Shown in pieces: positions 50,042 to 60,662 of a DNA stretch of 64,000 bases (position 1 is its first letter; the number at the start of each line of letters is the position of its first letter). Under the pieces are notes generated by a model. It made no database searches. It was not told the origin of the DNA and saw nothing but the letters and a program-made list of their open reading frames with translations. The DNA is from Heptranchias perlo (Eukaryota), in NCBI RefSeq assembly GCF_035084215.1, contig NW_027138407.1, forward strand, positions 744,001 to 808,000, given 5' to 3'. A program made the position numbers and the translations under genes.

Positions 50042-50103
50042 TTGGTTCCACTATGAGTTCCGTTCCAGCTCCGAACGTCAGTGGGTCTCTGTAACTATAG
50101 CTC
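50042..50103 (-). CDS. TRDJ: TCR delta J segment SYSYRDPLTFGAGTELIVEP
   Basis: GTAAGT donor; CACCGTG(50104-50110)-12-ACAAATTCC. Confidence 0.9.
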
Positions 50104-50685
50104 CACCGTGACTCGCCTTCATACAAATTCCTCACTCCCTTCAATAAAGCGCCCTTCATACAGTATCAACTTTAAACCTTTTTTACACGCGTCTCATGAC
50201 AGTTACGCCGATTTTTTTGAAAAGCGACCTCAAAGAGAGGAGCAGCAAACACCCTGATTTCTGTCCATCCGACAGTATGTTCAGGCCGTTTTAGTTAGAC
50301 ACCTAGTCAAATAATTTCAAGAATATTGCTTTTCGCCAATTCTTGGTGTGTATAATTTAAAAAAAAAACACTCGTGAGGCAGGAATAGAACCATGCAATC
50401 ATTGAAATTTACAGCATAGACGGAGGCCATTTGGCCCATCGCGCCTGTGCTGGCTCTTTCCAAGTGAAATCGGAAATTAATATCGTCGTCTCTTTTAATG
50501 GCCCTGTTTCTTGTTCTGATTCAAATATATATCCAACTTTTCATTAAAAGATGCAATGGTCACTGCCTCGACTATTCTGTGTTCTGAGAATGCTCCGTGC
50601 ATAAATAATTTGGGCATAATCTCTTTTTTTCGTTCGCAGTGAAAAATTCAAATGTACGATGAGTAGCAAGTTGGTTTTTACTTAC

Positions 50686-50745
50686 TTGTTTCCACAGTTA
50701 CTTTGGTACCAGCTCCAAATATGAGCTTGTCGATATTCAAGTTCA
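50686..50745 (-). CDS. TRDJ: TCR delta J segment NLNIDKLIFGAGTKVTVET
   Basis: GTAAGT donor; CACATCA(50746-50752)-12-ACAAAAGCT. Confidence 0.88.
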
Positions 50746-50894
50746 CACATCAGCATATCTCTCAACAAAAGCTGACTCCCTGCAACATGCTTGATTGAAA
50801 TTATGATAGTCCATTCAAAAATTATGATAAAGTATAAGATAGATAGATAGAAAGATAAATAGAAATATTGATAGATAGATACATAGATAGATAG

Positions 50895-53745
50895 GGGCCG
50901 GTATTAGGACCACTGCTCTTTTTGATATATATTAATGACCTGGACTTGGGTATACAGAGTATAATTTCAAAGTTCGCAGATGAAACAAGACTCAGGAATG
51001 TAGGAAACAGTGTGGAGGATAGTAACAGACTCCAGGAGGACATAGACAGACTGGTAAAATGGGCATACACTTGGTAGATGAAATTTAATGCAGAGAAGTG
51101 TGAAGTGATTCATTTTGGTAGGGAGAATGAGGAGAGGCAATGTAAACTAAATGGTACAATCTTAAAGGGGATACAAGAATAGAGAGACCTGAGGAGGGGT
51201 GGCGGGTTGGGGGGGGGGGGTGTACACAAATCTTTGAAGGTGGTAGGACAAGTTGAGAAGGCTGTTAAATAAAGTATATGGGAACCGGGGCTTTATAAAT
51301 CGAGGCATAGAGTACAAAAGTAAGGAAGTTATGCTAAACCTTTATAAAACACTGGTTAGGCCCCGGCTGGAGTATCGTGTCCAATTCTGGGCACCACATT
51401 TTAGGAAGGATGTCAAGGCCTTGGAGAGGGCGAGGAGGAGATTTACTAGAATGGTACCAGGGATGAGGGACTTCAGTTCTGTGGAGGGATTCGAGAAGCT
51501 GGGATTGTTCTCTCTAGTGCAAAGAGCTTCTACAAATACATAAAGGGCAAAAGAGTAACTAGGGAGAGAGTAGGGCCTCTTAAGGATCAACAAGGTCATC
51601 TATGTGCGGAACCACAAGAGATGGGAGAGATCCTAAATGAATATTTCGCATCGGCATTTACGGTTGAGAAAGGCATGGATGTTAGGGAACTTGGGAAAAT
51701 AAATAGTGATGTCTTGAGGAGTGTACATATTACAGAAAGGGAGGTGCTGGAAGTCTTAACACGCAACAAGGTAGATAAATCTCCGGGACGTGATAAAATG
51801 TCTCCCAGGACGTTATGGGAGGTTAGGGAGGAAATTGCGGGTCCCCTAGCAGAGATATTTGAATCATCGACAGCTACAGGTGAGGTGCCTGAAGATTGGA
51901 GGGTAGCAAATGTTGTGCCTTTGTTTAAGAAGGGCGGCAGGGGAAAGCCTGGGAACTACAGACCGGTGAGCCTGACATCTGTAGTGGGTAAGTTGTTAGA
52001 GGGTATTCTGAGAGACAGGATCTACAGGCATTTGGAGAGGCAGGGACTGATTAGGAACAGTCAGCATGGTTTTGTGAGAGGAAAATCATGTCTCACGAAT
52101 TTGATTGAGTTTTTTGAAGGGGTAACCAAGAAGATAGATGAGGGCTGTGCAGTAGACGTGGTCTACATGGACTTTAGCAAAGCCTTTGACAAGGTACCGC
52201 ATGGTAGGTTGTTATATAAGGTTAAATCTCACGGGATCCAAGGTGAGGTAGCCAATTGGATACAAAATTGGATTGACGACAGAAGACAGAGGGTGGTTGT
52301 AGAGGGTTGTTTTTCAAACTGGAGGCCTGTGACCAGCGGTGTGCCTCAGGGATCGGTGCTGGGTCCGCTGTTATTTGTTATTTATATTAATGATTTGGAT
52401 GAGAATTTAGGAGGCATGGTTAGTAAGTTTGCAGATGACACCAAGATTGGTGGCATTGTGGACAGTGAAGAAGGTTATCTAGGATTGGAACGGGATCTTG
52501 ATAAATTGGGCCAGTGGGCCGATGAATGGCAGATGGAGTTTAATTTAGATAAATGTGAGGTGATGCATTTTGATAGATCGAATCGGGCCAGGACCTACTC
52601 TGTTAATGGTAGGGCGTTGGGGAGAGTTATAGAACAAAGAGATCTAGGAGTACAGGTTCATAGCTCCTTGAAAGTGGAGTCACAGGTGGATAGGGTGGTG
52701 AAGAAGGCATTCAGCATGCTTGGTTTCATTGGTCAGAACATTGAATACAGGAGTTGGGATGTCTTGTTGAAGTTGTACAAGACATTAGTAAGGCCACACT
52801 TGGAATACTGTGTACAGTTCTGGTCACCCTATTATAGAAAGGATATTATTAAACTAGAAAGAGTGCAGAAAAGATTTACTAGGTTGCTACCGGGACTTGA
52901 TGGTTTGACTTATAGGGAGAGGTTGGATAGACTGAGACTTTTTTCCCTGGAGAGTAGGAGGTTTAGGGGTGACCTTAAAGAAGTCTATAAAATAATGAGG
53001 GGCATAGATAAGGTAGATAGTCAAAATCTTTTCCCAAAGGTAGGGGAGTCTATAACTAGGGGGCATAAATTTAAGGTGAGAGGGGAGAGATACAAAAGGG
53101 TCCAGAGGGGCAATTTTTTCACTCAAAGGGTGGTGAGTGTCTGGAACGAGCTGCCAGAGGCAGTAGTAGAGACGGGTACAATTTTGTCTTTTAAAAAGCA
53201 TTTGGACAGTTACATGGGTAAGATGGGTATAGAGGGATATGGGCCAAGTGCAGGCAATTGGGACTAGCTTAGTGGTATAAACTGGGCGACATGGACATGT
53301 TGGGCCGAAGGGCCTGTTTCCATGTTGTAAACTTCTATGATTCTAGTGCAGAGAAGGTTCAGGGGAGATTTGATAGAGGTGTTCAAAATTATGAAGGGTT
53401 TTGACAGAATAAATAAGGAGAAACTGTTTCCACTGTCAGGAGGGACGGTAACCAGAAGAAACACATTTAAGATAATTGCCAAAAAGAGCCAGGAGGGGAG
53501 ATGAGCATATTGTTTTTTACTCAGTGACTTTTAGGTCCTGGAATGCATTGTCTGAAAGGGCGTTGGAAGCAAATTCAATATTAACTTTCAGAAGGGAATT
53601 GGATATATACTTGAAAGGGCACTATTTTGCACGGCTATGGGGAAAGAGCAGAGTGGCGTGCGCCTAATTGTACAACACTTTCATAGAGCCAGCACAGGCA
53701 CGATGGGCCAAAATGTCTCCTTCTGTGCTGCATCATTCTATGAAA
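50895..53745 (+). mobile_element. Older CR1-type LINE, interrupted at 51522-53341
   Basis: RT fragments; the host sequence GGGATTGTTCTC..GCAGAGAAGG is split by the insertion. Confidence 0.85.
51522..53341 (+). mobile_element. Young 5'-truncated CR1 LINE with a 548-aa open RT-containing ORF2 (51621-53267)
   Basis: YRPVSL, QHGF, DFSKAFD, GVPQGSVLGP, FADD without stops; flanked by a TCTAGTGCA direct repeat (51513-51521, 53342-53350). Confidence 0.95.
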
Positions 53746-53933
53746 AGCGCTGGATTAATGCTATCGCTAAAATGGTGTTCGTAGTTCGTACGAGACAATG
53801 CAATGTCACCGTCCCTTATTTCCAACGTAAATGTTATTATTAAGACAAACATTCTTTTGGGATGATGCAACGTTTTGTTCAGGAACCATCTTGTCTTTTC
53901 ATGACATAAACATTTTTTATCAGAAAATAATTA

Positions 53934-55270
53934 ATGAGAGGGTGACTGAACACCTCGAGAATTTTCAGTTAATCAGAGTGAGCCAGCATGGATTTGTGAA
54001 AGGTAGGTCATGCCTGACAAACCTGATTGAATTTTTTGAAGAGGTGACTAAAGTAGTGGACAGGGGAATGTCAATGGATGTTATTTATATGGACTTCCAG
54101 AAGGCATTTGATAAGGTCCCACATAAGAGACTGTTAGCTAAGATAGAAGCCCATGGAATCGTGGGAAAATTACGGACTTGGTTAGGAAATTGGCTGAGCG
54201 AAAGGCGACAGAGAGTAGGGATAATGGGTGTGAACTTACATTGGCAGGATGTGACTAGTGGAGTCCCGCAGGGATCTGTCTTGAGGCCTCAATTATTCAC
54301 AATATTTATTGATGACTTAGATGAAGGCATAGAAAGTCTCATATCTAAGTTTGCCGATGCCACAAAGATTGGTGGCATTGTAAGCAGTGTAGATGAAAAC
54401 ATAAAATTACAAAGCGATATTGATAGATTAGGTGAATGGGCAAAACTGTGGCAAATGGAATTCAATGTAGACAAATGTGAGGTCATCCACTTTGGATCAA
54501 AAAAGGATCGAACAGGGTACTTTCTAAATGGTAAAAAGTTAAAAACAGTGGATGTTCAAAGGGACTTAAGGGTTCAGGTACATAGATCATTGAAGTGTTA
54601 TGAACAGGTGCAGAAAATAATCAAGAAGGCTAATGGAATGCTGGCCTTTATATCTGGAAGACTGGAGTACAAGGTGGCAGAAGTTATGCTGCAGCTATAC
54701 AAAACCCTGGTGAGACCGCACCTGGAGTACTGAGAGCAGTTCTGGGCCACGCACCTTCGGAAGGACATATTGGCCTTGGAGGGAGTGCAGCGAGGGTTTA
54801 CTAGAATGATACCTGGACTTCAAGGGTTAAGTTACAAGGAGAGATTACACAAATTGGGGTTGTATTCTCTTGAGTTTCGAAGGTTAAGGGGTGATCTGAT
54901 CGAAGTTTATAAGATATTAAGGGGAACAGATAGGGTGGATAGAGAGAAACTATTTCCGCTGGTTGGGGATTCTAGGAGTAAGGGGCACAGTCTAAAATTT
55001 AGGCCCAGACCTTTCAGGAGTGAGATTAGAAAACATTTCTACACACAAAGGGTGGTAGAAGTTTGGAACTCTCTTCCACAAACGGCAATTGATACGAGCT
55101 CAATTGCTAAATTTAAATGTGAGATAGATAGTTTTTTGGCAACCAAAGGTATTCAGGGATATGGGTCAAAGGCGGGTATATGGAGCTAGATCACAGATCA
55201 GTCATGACCTTATCAAATGGCGGAGCAGGCACGAGGGGCTGAATGGCCTACTCCTGTTCCTATGTTCCTA
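53934..55270 (+). mobile_element. CR1-type LINE 3' part
   Basis: RT ORFs 53831-54733 and 54770-55189; TGTTCCTA tail. Confidence 0.92.
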
Positions 55271-55377
55271 TATCAATACTATATTTTCTGCAAATTCCCT
55301 TTGGAAAGGGGCGAAGAGACAATTTAACGTAAGCAACCCAGAAACCATTAAATTGGTTTTCAACCGTTTGAACTCAC

Positions 55378-55433
55378 TCGGTTCCACAGTTACCTTAGTC
55401 CCACCATCGAATCTTAACCCCTTAGCGTTACAA
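55378..55433 (-). pseudogene. TRDJ: TRDJ pseudogene NAKGLRFDGGTKVTVEP
   Basis: GTGAGT donor and nonamer ACAAAAACT (55453-55461) but no CAC heptamer at 12 bp; FDGG instead of FGXG. Confidence 0.75.
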
Positions 55434-55948
55434 ACGACAGCCACTTCTTTCAACAAAAACTTTCCACTATATTCATAGTCCCGGGTTCTTGCCATTGACA
55501 TATATTGTCAACGCACATATATTGTGAGCTAGGTCGAGTAGTACCCGCTCACATTGTCCCACATCTTGAACTCACACTGCCTATGTAATGCCCCACATTT
55601 AGTTTAATATCGTTTTCCATTTAGTACCCGACCTGAAGGGGTAGTGCAAGCAAATTCAATACTGACTTTCCAAGCCCCAAATTCGCGAGGAAGTGGGGTG
55701 AATTGGATCGCTCTTTCAAAGTGCGGACATGGACACGGTGGGCCGAATGGCCTCCTCCTATGATATATGATTCTGTAATTCTATAATATAATTGTGAATG
55801 CGCATAATTTCTGACCTCAATTTGTAGTGGTCATTTTATCCCTCCCCAAATTTTATACTGCAGAAGTGTTTTGCACATACTTCAGAATGCGAAAGCTCAG
55901 TTATTTTTACTAAAGCAAGATCAAAATAAGAGACGTTAGAAGACTTAC

Positions 55949-56008
55949 TGGGTTCTACAATGAGTTTGGTGCCACTTCCAAAGATAAGCTTTTCAGTTCT
56001 GTAGTCAG
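55949..56008 (-). CDS. TRDJ: TCR delta J segment DYRTEKLIFGSGTKLIVEP
   Basis: GTAAGT donor; CACAGTT(56009-56015)-12-ACAAAAACA. Confidence 0.92.
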
Positions 56009-56431
56009 CACAGTTGTACCAGATGTGACAAAAACAGGTCCAACCAAATGAACAGTATTGTAAGGGTTTTTTTTAAAAAAACAATCCTGACTTGACTAGC
56101 TTTGAGTTTCAAGTATACTTTGCGATTATACTTGCTTCCATTTCCTCCCGAAACAAATATAACGGTTTTCCCCACCATCAAACTGAATTTCCTTTGCACT
56201 ATTTTAAAAGCACAAGGAATGGATACCAGTTCACCTTTCCTTCCTGACATTTTTCCATTAGCATCTTTCTGTAGCCAACTCCTGAGGGAATTGTTTGACA
56301 TCAGAATGATTTTGATATCAGTAGATTCGATCAGTATATATTGATTTCAAATACGCATGCCTTAGTTCTGCGTTAGCGGTTGAAAACAAACAAAGCAATG
56401 TGTTGAGAAGGAAAAATGAGGTTCCATTCAT

Positions 56432-56492
56432 TCCATTCCACAGTTATTTGGGTCCTCTTTCCAAATGGGAGTTTCCTATCACTGTAGCAATA
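56432..56492 (-). pseudogene. TRDJ: TRDJ pseudogene CYSDRKLPFGKRTQITVEW
   Basis: FGKR; donor decayed to ATGAAT; CACAATT(56493-56499)-12-GCAATATCC. Confidence 0.65.
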
Positions 56493-56720
56493 CACAATTC
56501 TGTATTTCAGGGCAATATCCTATTACAGAGACCTGGAGTTTCAACTCCTGGCCACTGCACGTTTAATTAATGGGTGAGCTGAGTTGGACTGCTATCTTCT
56601 TAAAGTTTCTTTTCTCAATGAAAGTTTCTTTTCTCAATGGCTCTTTGCCAACAGTCGCCAGATAAATTTCAGCCGAAAATTACATCAAGATGAAAGTAAC
56701 AAAACTCAGTTAGCACTTAC

Positions 56721-56782
56721 TTGGCACAACTGTCAGTTGGGTCCCGCTGCCGAAGGTTAGTTTCTCAGTATAGTCATAATTA
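56721..56782 (-). CDS. TRDJ: TCR delta J segment NYDYTEKLTFGSGTQLTVVP
   Basis: GTAAGT donor; CACAGTA(56783-56789)-12-ACAGAAACC. Confidence 0.92.
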
Positions 56783-56848
56783 CACAGTAACAATTGCCCT
56801 GACAGAAACCTTCACTTGGACCAACTGATCCAGTTTCCAGCTTTACAC

Positions 56849-56900
56849 TAGAAAGAAGCACTTTGGTCCCATCTCCAAATGTCAGTGATAACTAGCCTGT
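56849..56900 (-). pseudogene. TRDJ: TRDJ relic (*)LSLTFGDGTKVLLS
   Basis: LTFGDGTK motif; in-frame TAG upstream, weak GTGTAA donor, no RSS. Confidence 0.5.
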
Positions 56901-57430
56901 AATCAACCTCCCATTGTCCGAGAAATTCTCGCCCTAGGAATTAAACTACCAACAGGTGCATTCTGTGTTTATCAAGCTTGGTGCCCTGTTTAGTCATAGC
57001 CCAATACAAACATATGGGACACGGTATCCTTCACTTTAGGCTCAGTGGGTAGCAATCTTGTCTCTGCGTCAGAAGGTTGTGGGCGCAAACTAGCAAAAGA
57101 ACCGGAGGGGAAATGAAGGGAATCTTTTTACTCCGTTTTTTACTCAGTTTTACTCATAACTTTGTTACGACCTGGAATACACTGCCTGAAAGGATGGTGG
57201 AAGCAGATTCAATAGTAAATTTCACAAGGAAATTGAATACATACTTGGAAAGGAAAACATTGCAGGCAATGGGGAAAGAGCAAGGGAAGTGGGATTAATT
57301 TGATTGCTCTTTCAAAGAGCTGGCGCAGGCACAATGGGCCGAATGGCCTCCTTCTGTGCTGTATGATTCTATGATTTTATGATTGAAAGGACACAAAATC
57401 GCTCATGTGCATTTAACAGTTCATACTTAC

Positions 57431-57482
57431 TTGGTTCCACTATGAGTTTCGTCCCTTTACCGAAGATAAGCTTATCAGTGAA
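57431..57482 (-). CDS. TRDJ: TCR delta J segment FTDKLIFGKGTKLIVEP (TRDJ1-like)
   Basis: GTAAGT donor; CACGGTG(57483-57489)-12-GCAGAAACC. Confidence 0.94.
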
Positions 57483-57584
57483 CACGGTGCTAAATCTTTG
57501 TGCAGAAACCGCCTGTCACACAACGTATCTGCCACCATGAGTACCTTAGCGTTCCTAACTATCTGTGTTTTTCACGACACAACA

Positions 57585-58135
57585 TTATCTGGTCTCCATA
57601 TTACAAAAAGGATACAGAGGATCTGTCGACGGTGCAAAAAAGATTTACAACGATGATACCAGAATTCAGAGGTTATATCTGTCAGGAAAGGCTGAACAGG
57701 CTGGCGCTCTTTTCTCTAGAGAAGAGGAGGCTGAGGGGTTACCTGAAAGAGGGCTTTAAGATTATGAACGGTTTCGATAGGGTAGACGTGGAGAAGATGT
57801 TTTTTTTTTCACTTGTGGGGGAATTCAAAACTAGAGGTCATAAATTTAAGATAGTCACTAATAAATGCAATAAGGAATTCAGGAGCAACTTCTTTACCCA
57901 GAGAATGGTTAGAACGTGGAACTCGCTACCACAAGGAGTAGTTGAGGCGAATAGTATAGCTACATTTAGGGTAAAGCTAGATAAACACATGAGGGAGAAA
58001 GGAATAGAAGGTTATGCTGATATGGTGAGATGAAGTAGGTTGAGAGGAGGCTCGTGTGGACCATAAACACCGGCATAGACCTGTTGAGCCTAATGGCCTG
58101 TTTCTGTGCTGTAAACTCTATGCAATTTTATGTAT
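57585..58135 (+). mobile_element. CR1-type LINE 3' fragment
   Basis: WSPYYKKD..RRLRGYL..FFTQRMVRTWNSLP. Confidence 0.88.
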
Positions 58136-58607
58136 CAAATATTTTCTCCTTACAAGACGTGTGCCTGCGGCCCAATAGTTAGACAAAGTTAAAAAAAAAT
58201 CAGCATTGAAAGGAGCAAAACCAGAGAATTTGTGGGGCCCACTATAAAATGGAGTCTTGAGGAGCATAAGGAAGCGTGTTGGTCTCACTCACATCGACCT
58301 CATTCTAAATGATTTCGTATTGGGGCTTTCAATGGGGAAAAGTAATTTTCAAAAGGTGATCAAGTTTCTTTTGGATCATTCTGGTACCCGGATCACCTGA
58401 TAACCCTCAGTGCACCTGAGATAATTAGTCTTGAGAAGAACCGATTGTGTACAAATATAGAAAGCACATTTCCCCCTCACTGGAGAATTTCTTATGCTCA
58501 CTTTCCTGGATGCCAACTAACAATTTTGCTCCCCTCTTTTGAAGAGAGCAGCAACTTCTGCATGTAAAATGAATCTCGCCAAATCGATAACAATAGTTTA
58601 TACTCAC

Positions 58608-58652
58608 TTGGCTCCACAGTCAGCTTGGTCCCAGTTCCGAATATTAGCGGGG
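58608..58652 (-). CDS. TRDJ: TCR delta J segment PLIFGTGTKLTVEP (heptamer only, no nonamer)
   Basis: GTGAGT donor; CACAGTG at 58653-58659; expected nonamer position reads TAGGTTATA. Confidence 0.75.
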
Positions 58653-58685
58653 CACAGTGATACATCTACAGTAGGTTATACTCAC

Positions 58686-58746
58686 TCGGCTCCACAGTTA
58701 ACCTGGTCCCGCTACCGAAGGTTAGTTTCTGAAGGCTGCTTGTTCA
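58686..58746 (-). pseudogene. TRDJ: TRDJ pseudogene TSSLQKLTFGSGTRLTVEP (no RSS)
   Basis: Intact FR4 and GTGAGT donor; no CAC heptamer or nonamer upstream. Confidence 0.75.
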
Positions 58747-59091
58747 AGCATTGATTGTAAAATCCAATTCACTTTCCTTCATTAATTTCAACCTCTACAC
58801 AAATCATGAACTGCATTGATGGTAAGTATAAAAACTGCGAAATCTTAGAACTAGAACCAGAGGAAATCTCCACCTGCCACCCCCCACCCCCTATAAGCGT
58901 AACTCAAATTTGAGGTTTTGGAAAGGCTGTAGGGCTCCCTAAATTGTCCTTGTTGTAGTTTTTGCATCTGAAACATGGCTTATCATTTCAAACTGATTCC
59001 TTAGCATTAGAACTAAGGCACGCAGAAAAAAAATTAGATTCATTTGCAGACTTGAAATCGTATCGCAAATATTCTGGTGGAATACACTTAC

Positions 59092-59155
59092 TGGGTTCCA
59101 CTATCAACGTGTTCCCATTTCCAAATGTCGCCTTCGCACTCTTACCGATAACTTT
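59092..59155 (-). pseudogene. TRDJ: TRDJ pseudogene VIGKSAKATFGNGNTLIVEP
   Basis: FGNG motif and GTAAGT donor; no recognisable CAC heptamer. Confidence 0.7.
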
Positions 59156-59600
59156 TAAGCTCCAAACATTCCTCAACCTGACAATTTGCAACATTTGTAA
59201 ACTGTACCTTAACACTCTATGTCAAAGTGCAGTGAAGCCTAATCTATACCACGGTTCTTAGAAGTAAATTTGTACATGGAGGGAGGATGAGAAGGTGGTA
59301 GTGGTGGTTGGGGCGGTGGATTAAGGATTTGCCTGGGTCCCTATCTGTAATGCACTGCCTGAAATGATGGTAGAAGCAGATTCAATAAAAACTTAATAAA
59401 AGTTAAATTCAATAAAAGGGAATTGGGTAATTATTTGAAAGGGAAATATTTGCAAGGCTATAGAGACAGAGCAGCCGAGTGGGACTAACTAGTTTGCTCT
59501 TTCTGGCCCCTCTACCAAGATTCACCAGAAGACAAACACCGGGCGATTGTTTCCATCTACAAGGGAAGAGAACGGGACACTTTCCTTACGTTTTACTTAC

Positions 59601-59666
59601 CCGCTTCTATAATTACTCTGGTCCCACTTCCGAATATTAGTGTAGTCGTACGATCCCAATAATCTG
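59601..59666 (-). CDS. TRDJ: TCR delta J segment DYWDRTTTLIFGSGTRVIIEA
   Basis: GTAAGT donor; CACAGTG(59667-59673)-12-CCAGAAACT. Confidence 0.9.
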
Positions 59667-60014
59667 CACAGTGACAACTGAACAGCCAGAAACTTCCAGG
59701 AACACATTTAGTGTTTCAGGGCGGTGAGGGGCTAGGGGGTGCATGTAACTGTCTGGGCTGGAGCTTAAAAGAAGCACCAGGAATTTAGATTGCGGCCGAA
59801 ACTGGCTGAAATTACGAACTGGACAACTTTAGAATTGTTGCTTAATTGTACTACGCCGTTACACATGTAGGTCAGTGAAACAACGCCCGCTGGTACATAC
59901 ACGTATTTGTTCGTGCTAAGGACTGGATATCGGGTTAAGGAAAAGACCCCGACTTTGCATCATCCGCTAAAGCGCCCCGAATATGAGAGAGAGAGAAGGC
60001 TCAAATCCACTTAC

Positions 60015-60070
60015 TCGGTTGCACAATCAATCTGCTCCCCGGTTCCAAATGTCAGCTTAACCCCCCAGCC
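60015..60070 (-). pseudogene. TRDJ: TRDJ pseudogene KLTFGTG/SRLIVQP (frameshift)
   Basis: An extra G after FGTG shifts the frame relative to the GTAAGT donor; heptamer missing. Confidence 0.75.
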
Positions 60071-60172
60071 AATACTGTTGTGTACAAAAAAAACTGTGCG
60101 AACTATTAATTAAGTCTCCAAATAGTAAAAGGAGAAAAAGTTGAGAGACCAAATTGAGGTGTTGGTACTTAC

Positions 60173-60235
60173 TGGGTTCCACAATCAGCCTGGTTCCATT
60201 CCCAAACGTTAACTTTTCATCCTGCCCAAATATAA
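60173..60235 (-). CDS. TRDJ: TCR delta J segment IFGQDEKLTFGNGTRLIVEP (D-proximal)
   Basis: GTAAGT donor; CACACCG(60236-60242)-12-ACAAGATCC. Confidence 0.88.
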
Positions 60236-60568
60236 CACACCGTTTAATCCTACAACAAGATCCCTTGGCATCTCCTCCACATCTCCCGGTGACTGGTGTT
60301 CTTGTTCCAGAAGGGTAATACTAATAAGTAAACTAGACATGTCCTTATTCTAAGGTCGTCTTGCAGTAGTTCCCGCAGTTGGACCCGGCAATAAGTATCC
60401 CGGAGAAATCAAGCTGAAAAGAATCGAAAATGGGAACGGTCCGGGGGGTAATCGTTGCTTGATTCTAACCGGGCCATCCCGGGGGAGGGGGTGTTGAGCG
60501 TGGTGTTGTACTGTTCTGTGTAGGTAGAAGGTTATTGTACGAGCGCATAAGGAAATTCAATTACTGTG

Positions 60569-60583
60569 CGTATACCCCAGTCC
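60569..60583 (-). CDS. TRDD: TCR delta D segment GGACTGGGGTATACG
   Basis: 5' 12-RSS (+ strand CACAGTG 60584-60590, 12 bp, ACAAAAACT 60603-60611) and 3' 23-RSS (+ strand GGTTATTGT 60530-60538, 23 bp, TACTGTG 60562-60568); open in all three frames (GLGYT, DWGI, TGVY). Confidence 0.95.
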
Positions 60584-60624
60584 CACAGTGATACAGCTCA
60601 GCACAAAAACTGTTCACTTGCTGC

Positions 60625-60662
60625 TGCCGCCAACTGGGTCACGTGACGTAGCGACGTCAGAA
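60625..60662. promoter_or_regulatory. Candidate D-delta germline promoter
   Basis: CAACTG (MYB, 60631-60636), palindromic GTCACGTGAC (USF-type E-box, 60638-60647) overlapping TGACGT, and GACGTCA (CRE-like, 60653-60659), all just upstream of the D 12-RSS. Confidence 0.55.

Noticed and set aside
51621-53267. 548-aa ORF as a host gene or domesticated reverse transcriptase
   Set aside because: It is a 5'-truncated CR1 ORF2 with its own tail and target-site duplication
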